DNA of 64,000 nucleotides from an uncultured Methanomassiliicoccaceae archaeon (GTDB lineage: Archaea; Thermoplasmatota; Thermoplasmata; Methanomassiliicoccales; JACIVX01): assembly GCA_964544915.1 (NCBI GenBank), contig CAZJDY010000020.1, forward strand, positions 4,843 through 68,842. Reading direction: 5' to 3'. The notes under the pieces were generated by a model. The model had not been told where the DNA came from, did not search any database, and worked only from the letters and a program-made list of their open reading frames with translations. Below, piece after piece: positions 38,802-46,788 of the stretch. The position numbers and the translations under genes are program-made. Position 1 is the first letter of the stretch. Each line of letters starts with the position of its first letter.

Positions 38802-40572
38802 CCTGCGTCACCCCCTCATTCATTTCCCTGCGTACCCTCTTTATTGTCTTGTCAGGGTCCTTGTAGTAGCTGTTGATGAGCCCCCAAAGCTTCCTATGGT
38901 CAGTGACGTCCTTCTGGACCATGTACTTGACGATGTCAGTCCGTCTGTTGAACTCGTCCATCATCTCCTCGTGAGTGAGGCTTTTCATCTCCATGATTTT
39001 GTCGAACAGGAAGCTGTGGCCTTTGTAGATGAACTTGTCAGTGGCCTGGTCCCACTCGTAGACGGTGTTCGTGATGAGCTCGTTGGTTTCGGGCTCGAAA
39101 CCGACGATTTCGATGACCTGTTTGATCCTCCTAACTAAGTCAGTCCCGACTCTCGCGTGGGTCTGGATGACGACATTCCTAAGTGCTGTGAGTAGGATTC
39201 GCGGGCAGTTGATCGGTGGGTTCTCGAGCCTGTTTACCATCGACTTGATCGAGTCTGCGTGCATTGTAGAGTAAGTGGTGTGGCCGGTGGCCATCGCCTG
39301 GAACATGATGTATGTCTCTTTGCCCCTGACTTCACCTACGATGATGTAGTTGGGGCGCTGCCTCAGGGAGGCCCTGACGAGGTCGTACATGTCGATCTCC
39401 CCGGCCATTCTCCCGTCCGCGTCTCGCTCCCCCACGCCGGTCCTCGTCGCACCAGGTATCCAGTTATCGTGCGGTAGGTTGATCTCCCTTGTGTCTTCCA
39501 TAGTGACCACTTTGGCCCCTGGAGGAATGAACAATGCGATCGAATTCAGCGTGGCGGTCTTGCCGCTGGCGGTTCCGCCAGCTATGATTGCGGACTCTCC
39601 GTTCTCGACACCCAACCAGAAGTATGCGACCATCTCCGGACTCGCCGTACCGAACTTGACAAGCTCTACAGGAGTGAACGGTTTCTCCTTGAAGCGTCTG
39701 ATCGTGAATGTAGACCCTCTTGTCGTCACTTCCCTCGAATAGGTCGCTTGGACACGGTGACCTTCGGGAGTGGTGCCATCGAGGATCGGGTTCGACACCG
39801 ATATCTGCTTGCCGCATCTCTGTCCCAGGGCAACTACGTATGAGTTGAGCGCGTCCTCATCGTTGAAGATCAGACTGGTCTTTATGCTCTCATATTTCCT
39901 GTGGAAGACGAAAAGTGGAATGCCGACTCCGTCGCACGAGATATCCTCAACGTTCTCGTCCTTCATGATGGCGTCGACCCGCCCATATCCGACAAAGTCC
40001 CTGGTTATGTAGTACCCTATCTTCTTCCGAGCGAGAGGATTAATCCTTACTCCTCGGCTCTTGATGTAACTCTCGACGCTCCCCTCGAGGTACTCTTCCT
40101 TGTCGAGCTCGGTAAGCTTGACCCACTCATATCCCAGTGTCCTCTTGAAGGTGTCTTTTATCAGGTCGAGCAGTCTCTCCTCCTTTTCCGTCAGCTTCGG
40201 TTCTATCATGTCCAGGACGTACTCGCTCGTTTCCTTGTTGAAAGTCACCCGGACGAAGCTGAAAGGATCCACTACCGGGTAGATCTCAGCGACCTCGATG
40301 TTGGGATTGTCGATCTTCGGGATTTCTGTGATGACAGAGCCCCTGCCCTTTGACCATTCGATTCTCTGGGCTATCTCGCCCATGGGGAGTCTTACCCTGG
40401 ACGCCCTATTCGGAGCGACCTTTCGGAGGAACTTCAAATAGGAATCCCTCATCTTGTTCGTGACCTTCGATTCGCCCTGGAAATCCTCCGCCGATTCTTT
40501 CCCGGAGACGACTTCCGCCTCACTCGACTGGTCGCCTTCTGTCATCTTTCCAGCTTCAGCTTCCTGCATCAT
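38782..40572 (-). CDS. FlaI/ArlI-TadA family secretion ATPase, paralogue 2
   Basis: Walker A GGTASGKTA, EDTREINLPHDNWIP, IIVGEVRGKE, and FQAMATGHTTYSTMHA. The acidic N-terminal extension differs from paralogue 1. Confidence 0.9.
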   Translation of the reverse strand: MMQEAEAGKMTEGDQSSEAEVVSGKESAEDFQGESKVTNKMRDSYLKFLRKVAPNRASRVRLPMGEIAQRIEWSKGRGSVITEIPKIDNPNIEVAEIYPVVDPFSFVRVTFNKETSEYVLDMIEPKLTEKEERLLDLIKDTFKRTLGYEWVKLTELDKEEYLEGSVESYIKSRGVRINPLARKKIGYYITRDFVGYGRVDAIMKDENVEDISCDGVGIPLFVFHRKYESIKTSLIFNDEDALNSYVVALGQRCGKQISVSNPILDGTTPEGHRVQATYSREVTTRGSTFTIRRFKEKPFTPVELVKFGTASPEMVAYFWLGVENGESAIIAGGTASGKTATLNSIALFIPPGAKVVTMEDTREINLPHDNWIPGATRTGVGERDADGRMAGEIDMYDLVRASLRQRPNYIIVGEVRGKETYIMFQAMATGHTTYSTMHADSIKSMVNRLENPPINCPRILLTALRNVVIQTHARVGTDLVRRIKQVIEIVGFEPETNELITNTVYEWDQATDKFIYKGHSFLFDKIMEMKSLTHEEMMDEFNRRTDIVKYMVQKDVTDHRKLWGLINSYYKDPDKTIKRVRREMNEGVTQVGARSL

Positions 40573-40587
40573 TACACCGCTTCAATG

Positions 40588-41514
40588 TCAGATCTGAACC
40601 CCGACGTTCACGAATGCTCGGTTATAAGTCATCATCCCAGCGTTCACTATCTTAAGTGTGACAGTGTGGACGTTGTCGTTCACCGGCAGATCCCTTATGG
40701 AGTAATCTCCTGAGCTCAGGGAGTAATCTCCTAAGATCAGTCCGGCCTTCGAGCACAGGTCGCCAAGGTATTGTTGCCATGCCGTCCAATAGCGGGTCGT
40801 AAGGGTGATGTTGACGTACTTGTCGGTCAAGTATCCAACGGCATAGTCCTGGGAATCGATGTACACGAGGTTCAGATTCAGGCCAACAGTGCCGGTCCCG
40901 CCGACACTTGCGTTGGTCCCTATGAAGTCAATCTGAGTGAACTTGATGTTGATCGCCGATCCAATCTTCTCGACCTCCAAGCTAGGGTATGCCCTAATGA
41001 TCTGACCGTCCTGTTGCTTGACGATCATCGCACCGTTCTCGTACGCCACCCACTGCTGGACGTAATACCTGTTTGGAGCGTACAGCTCCACCATGCCGCC
41101 TCCAGACTCCGACACGCTCGTCTTGGAGCCCTCAAGCGAATAGTTGAAGCATACCTTGACGCCCGAATCACCCATCCCCTGGGGCGAGTACGTCAGCAAT
41201 CCGGCGGTCGGGGAAGCGAAAACCGGTATCCCTGCCGCGCCGAGAGGTATCGGCGAGTACATGTGGATCGAGGTGGAACCAGTCACTTGAGCAGTGACGA
41301 TCAGGTTGTCGATCTTCCCTTTGAGGTCACCGAACTGATTGATCGCCTGGCTCATATGTGCTCTCTCATTGTCCTGCATCCACACAGGAATGTAAGAGTT
41401 GGTGAACATTGAAAGGAATGTCATGAATACCAGCAGGGCCATGATCGTACCCACGGTCGACGCGACACCTTCCTCGTCGCGTCTCAAGAAGTGACGCTTG
41501 TCTAGCCTAGTCAT
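40588..41514 (-). CDS. Archaeal type IV pilin-like protein (class III signal-peptide-like N-terminus plus a large beta-rich domain)
   Basis: MTRLDKRHFLRRDEEGVASTVGTIMALLVFMTFLSMF has a charged leader, G|VAS, then a hydrophobic helix, as in archaeal prepilins. It is the first gene of the operon. The ORF could extend to 41550. Confidence 0.6.
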   Translation of the reverse strand: MTRLDKRHFLRRDEEGVASTVGTIMALLVFMTFLSMFTNSYIPVWMQDNERAHMSQAINQFGDLKGKIDNLIVTAQVTGSTSIHMYSPIPLGAAGIPVFASPTAGLLTYSPQGMGDSGVKVCFNYSLEGSKTSVSESGGGMVELYAPNRYYVQQWVAYENGAMIVKQQDGQIIRAYPSLEVEKIGSAINIKFTQIDFIGTNASVGGTGTVGLNLNLVYIDSQDYAVGYLTDKYVNITLTTRYWTAWQQYLGDLCSKAGLILGDYSLSSGDYSIRDLPVNDNVHTVTLKIVNAGMMTYNRAFVNVGVQI

Positions 41515-41787
41515 TCGACGTCCCTCACGGGAACCGAACATACCCTCCACCAGTGACCCAGTTCCTTCGGGTGAAAATGAGCAACATATAACTATTTAAA
41601 CATGTCGTGGTTGCTGGCTTGAATTGAGAACGACGTTCAGGAACGCGTTGTCCGATGCTTTCTCGGTGCCTATCGACGAGTTGAATATCGAGATAGGCGC
41701 CGGCACCAGCGACGTCATTCGAAAGGTCACGGAATGGCAGATCTGGGGAAAAAGACCTACGGCATCCAGATTCGTCAATAAGTAAGC

Positions 41788-41795
41788 TTTATTAC
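41788..41795 (+). promoter_or_regulatory. TATA-box-like element upstream of tRNA-Phe
   Basis: TTTATTAC is centred about 30 nt upstream of tRNA position 1. Confidence 0.35.
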
Positions 41796-41820
41796 AATCC
41801 TCTCTGTTCTCTGAACGCAC

Positions 41821-41912
41821 GCCGCGGTAACTCAGTTGGGAGAGTGCAAGACTGAAGTTCCTGCATGGGAGCGGATATCTTGAAGTCGCTGGTTCAAATC
41901 CGGCCCGCGGCA
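41821..41912 (+). tRNA. tRNA-Phe(GAA) with a canonical 19-nt intron after position 37 (41858-41876); CCA not encoded
   Basis: Hand fold: acceptor GCCGCGG/CCGCGGC, D-arm ACTC-AGTTGGGA-GAGT, anticodon stem CAAGA/TCTTG with CTGAAG[intron]A, T-arm GCTGG-TTCAAAT-CCGGC and discriminator A. Confidence 0.85.
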
Positions 41913-41992
41913 CATCAACGCACAAATGAAACGCCCTGTCTCGCCTCCAGTAATGGTCGAAATGTCTATTATCTAAATGAGCGATTGGTCTA

Positions 41993-42430
41993 TTGGGCGC
42001 GATGATGCAGGTCAAGGGATTCGAAACAAACATGATCGAGGCGAAGAGATTCTCGAAGTCCGGCGAACGGATCTCGAACGTCAGAATTGACCAGAACAGC
42101 TCCGTAACTCAGATTTCGAGGGTCGCAGAGGATACCGCGTCGGTCGAGTTCAGGTTTACCGCGAACTACGTCGGGATGGGATACATCAAGATCGAGGGTC
42201 AGATAATGCTCTCTGGGGAGGTCGAGGGCCTCGTGGACGAATGGTCAAAGAAGAACTCCATGCCTGACGAAGCGGCGAACCTTGTTCACAACATGATAGT
42301 TTCGAACTGCATCCCCACTGCTCTGCTGGTTTCCCGCGACATCAGGCTTCCCCCGCCGTTCCCGCTCCCGAGGGTCAATATCCAAAAGAAAACTGCGAGA
42401 GGCCCAGGAGAGAGCGTAGAAGTCGCCTGA
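41993..42430 (+). CDS. Hypothetical small protein with a SecB-like C-terminal pattern
   Basis: 145-aa ORF; ATG alternatives at 42002/42005. The C-terminus NCIPTALLVSRDIRLPPPFPLPRVNI resembles the SecB segment CPNILFPYARE...FPQLNLAPVNF. The similarity is weak and judged by eye only. Confidence 0.4.
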   Translation: MGAMMQVKGFETNMIEAKRFSKSGERISNVRIDQNSSVTQISRVAEDTASVEFRFTANYVGMGYIKIEGQIMLSGEVEGLVDEWSKKNSMPDEAANLVHNMIVSNCIPTALLVSRDIRLPPPFPLPRVNIQKKTARGPGESVEVA

Positions 42431-42457
42431 ACGGTCATGTTATTGAAGAGTGTGCCC

Positions 42458-44410
42458 TCAGCGAATGTGTTCCAAGGCGAATGAACCGATTGTCAGGCCG
42501 TGCTTGCTCGAAGTGTACCTTATGTAAGTCCTTGATTGCACGTCGGATATGCCACTGACCGCGAAGAAGGTTCTCAGCTGGTCAACCTTGAAGTCGATCA
42601 TTCCGTCCATGATGGATCCGAGCATCTGGATTTCCTGCTCACCGTGCACCCCCTTCTCGACTGTGAAGAGCGCGACAGCCTTGTCTCTTTTCCTCCGGCC
42701 GCAGAACGGACTCAAGAACCTGAACGCGGTATTTGGGTCAGAATAAGCTATGAGCGTCGAGATGGATCTGAATGCGAGGCGGTACGATTCATGCTTATCT
42801 TTGTACACCTTCGCGATTTTCTCGACGTTGTCCATAATCGTGTCATGGTCGGTCGGCTCGTCGATATAAATCGTGTAAGGGTCGTCGGTCGTCTCTCCCA
42901 TGCTCCTTGAATAGGAATCGACATATTTCACGAGGCCCAGCTTCTCATATTCCTCGTATCCAGATAGCACGTAGTTCATCTCTTCTCTAATGTCGTGGGG
43001 AGTCTTGTCGGTGAGTACCCACAACACCGGCAGCCCTTTCTTGAGTCCCTCTGCCATGAATTGGTTCACCATCACCTCTTTTCCGACGAAGGGTGGACCG
43101 TGAATCAGAATGTTCGATCCGAACGGGATGCCTCCGAGTAGCAGATCGTCGAGACGATCATTGCCGGTCTTCACCTTCGCCTGTTGCACCTCGAGCGCCC
43201 TATCCTGCTCTTTCGCTGATATCTCGTCCTCTATTACGCCTTGCTCTCTACGGCGCAACTCCTCCATTTTCGCGTTGAGATACTTCTCCTTTGCCCGGAT
43301 CTCCTCCTCTTTTCTCTGGATATCCGCCTTGAGATCCTCGAGACGCTTCTTCAGTTCCAGCTCGTCCAGACCAGAGAGCTGTTTCTTCATCTCATCGAAT
43401 CTGCGGTGCTCCTCTGAAAGCACCTTCTCCCTGTGGAACAGATCTTCCTCTCTCCGGAGGATTTCTTCTTCTTTGTATGAGACGACGGACTTGATCTTCG
43501 AAAGCTCATCATCCTTCTCTCGATTCTCTGTTCTGAGCTTCTCGATTTCTGCGTCCTTCAACATGATGGATTTTTCTTTGAGCTGCAAATCTCTGATTCT
43601 TTCCTGAATCTCTCTCTCCGCTTCGGGGCCGGTCATTCGCGCGATCTTCAACTCGCTTTCCAGGAGTCTGTCGTCGATTGCCTTCTGTTTCAGGTCCTGT
43701 TCAAGCCTGTCGACTTTCGCCAGCAACTCCTGCTCTCTACGCTGGAACTCAAGGTCCTTTCCTCTGAGCTCCGCGTGGAATCTCTCCTCGAGGTCATTCT
43801 CGTCGGCGGCCGAGATCGTCTTGTTCTTCAGCGTCACTTCCTTTTCTGACACAGCGGTCTCTCTGGTGGAAAGCTCCTTTTCGAGCTCCTTCAGTTCAAC
43901 TTCCTTCCGGATGATGGAAGCCCGGTCCTCAGGCAAGTTGCCAAGGGAACTTTCGAACTGGCTCTTGAGCGCCTCCCTCATTTCCCTGGCGTTCTCAAGT
44001 TCTTTCAGAAGTCTCGTGTTCTCGTTTGAGAGCCCGCGCAACTTCTTGGTCGTCTCTGGATCCGTCACTCCCGTGCTCTCTCCCCTCTCCCTCATCTCAC
44101 CTATTTCCTTCCTCAGACGGGTTAGCTTGTCCTCGTAATCCGTGACCTTCTCCTTCAAAGTCAGTTGGTCTTCCTGTGCCTCCGATTCCCCTCCGATTTC
44201 GACATCCGAGTTTATCGGAAGCTCGGGCTCGGCACCTTCGTTCAACCAAGAGAGAAGACTCTCCTCGCCGCTCAACCATTTCTTCAGATCGTCGATTCTC
44301 TCTGCGGCCACCCCATTTGAGCCGTTCTGACCAGTCTCGCCAGTGGATTCGTTGGAATCATTCGGTGCTCCCTGATAGTCCAGGTTGCCACCCTCTGATT
44401 TCTTTTGCAC
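42458..44410 (-). CDS. Coiled-coil protein fused to a C-terminal KaiC/RecA-like ATPase domain with a deviant Walker A
   Basis: Residues ~60-400 are K/E/L/R-rich heptad-like sequence. The C-terminal ~245 aa read LLLGGIPFGSNILIHGPPFVGKEVMVNQF...LWVLTDKTP...SISTLI...DGMIDF, which is KaiC-like. The P-loop is GPPFVGKE, with Glu where Ser/Thr is expected. Confidence 0.75.
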   Translation of the reverse strand: MQKKSEGGNLDYQGAPNDSNESTGETGQNGSNGVAAERIDDLKKWLSGEESLLSWLNEGAEPELPINSDVEIGGESEAQEDQLTLKEKVTDYEDKLTRLRKEIGEMRERGESTGVTDPETTKKLRGLSNENTRLLKELENAREMREALKSQFESSLGNLPEDRASIIRKEVELKELEKELSTRETAVSEKEVTLKNKTISAADENDLEERFHAELRGKDLEFQRREQELLAKVDRLEQDLKQKAIDDRLLESELKIARMTGPEAEREIQERIRDLQLKEKSIMLKDAEIEKLRTENREKDDELSKIKSVVSYKEEEILRREEDLFHREKVLSEEHRRFDEMKKQLSGLDELELKKRLEDLKADIQRKEEEIRAKEKYLNAKMEELRRREQGVIEDEISAKEQDRALEVQQAKVKTGNDRLDDLLLGGIPFGSNILIHGPPFVGKEVMVNQFMAEGLKKGLPVLWVLTDKTPHDIREEMNYVLSGYEEYEKLGLVKYVDSYSRSMGETTDDPYTIYIDEPTDHDTIMDNVEKIAKVYKDKHESYRLAFRSISTLIAYSDPNTAFRFLSPFCGRRKRDKAVALFTVEKGVHGEQEIQMLGSIMDGMIDFKVDQLRTFFAVSGISDVQSRTYIRYTSSKHGLTIGSFALEHIR

Positions 44411-44792
44411 CCAGTTTCACCTGCTGGCCGAAACTAATGTCAACTTGACTCAAGTCTAGATTAATATTTATATTTTAACATTCTGTTCAAGTTAGCGTCT
44501 ATCGATATCAACTCTGAGAAGCGCTGTCATTTACGAGTTTCAAGCCTTTCGATCTCGCCTGGAGTCTCTCTCGTCGCGCGGTAGTTGCATTTTCACGATT
44601 GGAGGCGGGTTGACCGGGAAGAGATTCTCTGAGATTGAATGACACTCGGACAAGTCCACTTGAACGAACGCATCGCATTCTGGGGAACTGGCTTCGGCCA
44701 AACGCATTCTCCTTTTTTTCTGTGAGATGACAAAAAGATAAATACGGACACGAGTATCTTAGTACGGCTTCGGCTGCAGCCAGGTGTCGTGG

Positions 44793-44963
44793 ATGGAGAA
44801 GCAAATACACGTCAAGATCGACAAGGACAGCGACTTGACACTTCGAGAGGTCCTGAAGAAGATCGAGGAGATCCAAGCAGAACATCCCGAGCTGGACGTT
44901 TTCTTTGATGGAGATGAATACGCGATATGCAGCCGCCCTAGGAAAACCGGACGCGAACTCTGA
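44793..44963 (+). CDS. Small hypothetical protein (56 aa) upstream of deoxyhypusine synthase
   Basis: The ATG is preceded by AGGTG at a 6-nt spacing. Translation is MEKQIHVKIDKDSDLTLREVLKKIEEIQAEHPELDVFFDGDEYAICSRPRKTGREL. The ORF is below the ORF-track length cutoff. Confidence 0.4.
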   Translation: MEKQIHVKIDKDSDLTLREVLKKIEEIQAEHPELDVFFDGDEYAICSRPRKTGREL

Positions 44964-45017
44964 TGCATCTTGATGAGACAGGGGACAACAGATTCCAGAT
45001 TGTCTGAGGGGTTACAA

Positions 45018-46079
45018 ATGGTCAGCAGAGAGGATTTGCTGAGGGAGAAAGTGAAGCACATCGACTTCGAGAAGATCTCTACGGTCGAGGATCTTGTCAA
45101 CGCATACAAAGACAGCTCTGTCCAGAGCAGAGCCCTGGCGACATGTGCTATGGCGTACGAGAACGCACTGAAGGACCCTGGCAGACCGACAATTCTTCTG
45201 GGCCTGGCCGGACCTCTGATTGCTGCCGGACTCAGGAAGATCATCGCCGACATGATAAAGTACGGCATTGTCGACGGCATCGTTTCGATCGGCGCGATAC
45301 CCTATCAGGACTTCTACCAGTCAAGGGGTTACAGCCACTACAAGTGCTCAACCACCATCGATGACGTGAAGCTGAGGGAGCTTTGGCTCGACAGGATATA
45401 TGACACGCTCGTCGATGAGGAGAAATTCAGGGAGACCGACTCTTACATCGGGGACATCGCGGAGAAGCTAGAGCCACGCGGCTACTCGAGCAGGGAATTC
45501 ATGGAGGTCCTCGGGTCGCACTCTAAGGACAAGAACTCTATCCTATACAACGCGAGGAAGTACGGAGTGCCGGTGTTCGTACCGGCGCTGAATGACTCTT
45601 CAATCGGCATAGGCCTTACCGAGATGTACGTTCGGATGCGCAAAGCGAAAAAACCGTTCATGAGGATCGACCCTATCCGAGACAACTGGGAGATCGCCCA
45701 GATTAAGATCAAATCGGACAGGACAGGCGTCATCTACATCGGGGGCGGGGTCCCGAAGAACTACATCCAGCAGACAGAGGTTATCGCCGAGACTTTGGGT
45801 CACGACAAAGGCGGTCATTACTATGCCATTCAAATCACCACCGACGTACCGTACTGGGGAGGTCTGTCCGGCTGCACTTTCGAGGAGGCGCAGTCCTGGG
45901 GCAAGATAAACAAGAACGCGACCAAATCCGTCGTCTACGTGGAAGCGACGATCGGCCTGAGCCTCATGGTCGGGTACATACTCCAAAAGGGAGTCTGGAA
46001 GAACAGGAAGCGTCTGAAGTATGTCTGGGAAGGCGACATGCTTAAGGAGATCAAGAAGGTCCCCTTAGGCATCAAGTAG
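45018..46079 (+). CDS. dys: Deoxyhypusine synthase
   Basis: GPLIAAGLRKIIADMIKYGIVDGIVS, VPVFVPALNDSSIG, GGGVPKNYIQQ and TFEEAQSWGKI are characteristic of the family. An alternative start lies at 44970/44973. Confidence 0.9.
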   Translation: MVSREDLLREKVKHIDFEKISTVEDLVNAYKDSSVQSRALATCAMAYENALKDPGRPTILLGLAGPLIAAGLRKIIADMIKYGIVDGIVSIGAIPYQDFYQSRGYSHYKCSTTIDDVKLRELWLDRIYDTLVDEEKFRETDSYIGDIAEKLEPRGYSSREFMEVLGSHSKDKNSILYNARKYGVPVFVPALNDSSIGIGLTEMYVRMRKAKKPFMRIDPIRDNWEIAQIKIKSDRTGVIYIGGGVPKNYIQQTEVIAETLGHDKGGHYYAIQITTDVPYWGGLSGCTFEEAQSWGKINKNATKSVVYVEATIGLSLMVGYILQKGVWKNRKRLKYVWEGDMLKEIKKVPLGIK

Positions 46080-46211
46080 TGCGCATCCCGAACCCCTTCG
46101 TCCTTCTCCTCTTCCCGTCTTTCTTCGTCTCCAAATTATCGTGCAGTTCATCATAGAGAATAGTTTATTATGCGCAGAGCGGAATGCCAAGACGTGCCCA
46201 GACTCGGAAGG

Positions 46212-46757
46212 ATGACGATAGGGCTCTACAATTCGTACGATCCGGTGAACTTCAGGGAGGCTCACAGGAGGATCCTTGCGAGGGCCGGGCCTCTCTCGCT
46301 CGCCTTCGACGCGAATCTCGCGACGTTCGGCTTTCCATTTCCAAAGGAACTCTCCACGCCGCAAGAGATTGCGGATTGGGTCGCCACGACGACGTCAATC
46401 GGTGAGGACGGGGGTTATCTGAAGGAGCTGACATCGAAGGGTCGCTTTCAGACCTTTCCGTACATCAACAGGGGATTCCCCCCGCAGCTGGGGGCGGTCG
46501 TGCTCACGACCTGCAATGCAGAGGGGAAGAAGAAGAGGAGCGTCGGGGAGATCTGTGCTATGTTGCTAGAAGGGAGGAGCGTGTGTCTCATTTTCGGAAC
46601 GGGACCGAAGGGCACCCCGAAGGAGATGTTCGAGATCGCCCAGCATCATCTCGATATTACGTTCGGCGGGTATTCACTGGAGACGTGCACGGCCCTCGGA
46701 GCCGTCGTCGCCGTGCTTGCACATGAATTGAGGCGGGTATCCGAAGAAGAACGATGA
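46212..46757 (+). CDS. SPOUT-like archaeal protein (DUF531-like), putative RNA methyltransferase fold
   Basis: MTIGLYNSYDP at the N-terminus. The C-terminus has a trefoil-knot-like pattern, CLIFGTGPKGTPKEMFEIAQHHLDIT...SLETCTALGAVVAVL. Family assignment is from memory. Confidence 0.5.
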   Translation: MTIGLYNSYDPVNFREAHRRILARAGPLSLAFDANLATFGFPFPKELSTPQEIADWVATTTSIGEDGGYLKELTSKGRFQTFPYINRGFPPQLGAVVLTTCNAEGKKKRSVGEICAMLLEGRSVCLIFGTGPKGTPKEMFEIAQHHLDITFGGYSLETCTALGAVVAVLAHELRRVSEEER

Positions 46758-46788
46758 CCGTTTACTCTGATAGAATTTCTAGAGGCGA

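Noticed and set aside
44508-45280. Minus-strand ORFs 44508-44885 and 44759-45280.
   Set aside because: The second overlaps the deoxyhypusine synthase N-terminus and the RBS-preceded small plus-strand ORF. Both have Ser/Leu/Arg-rich, non-protein-like sequences. The underlying gap is reported as a low-interest finding instead.
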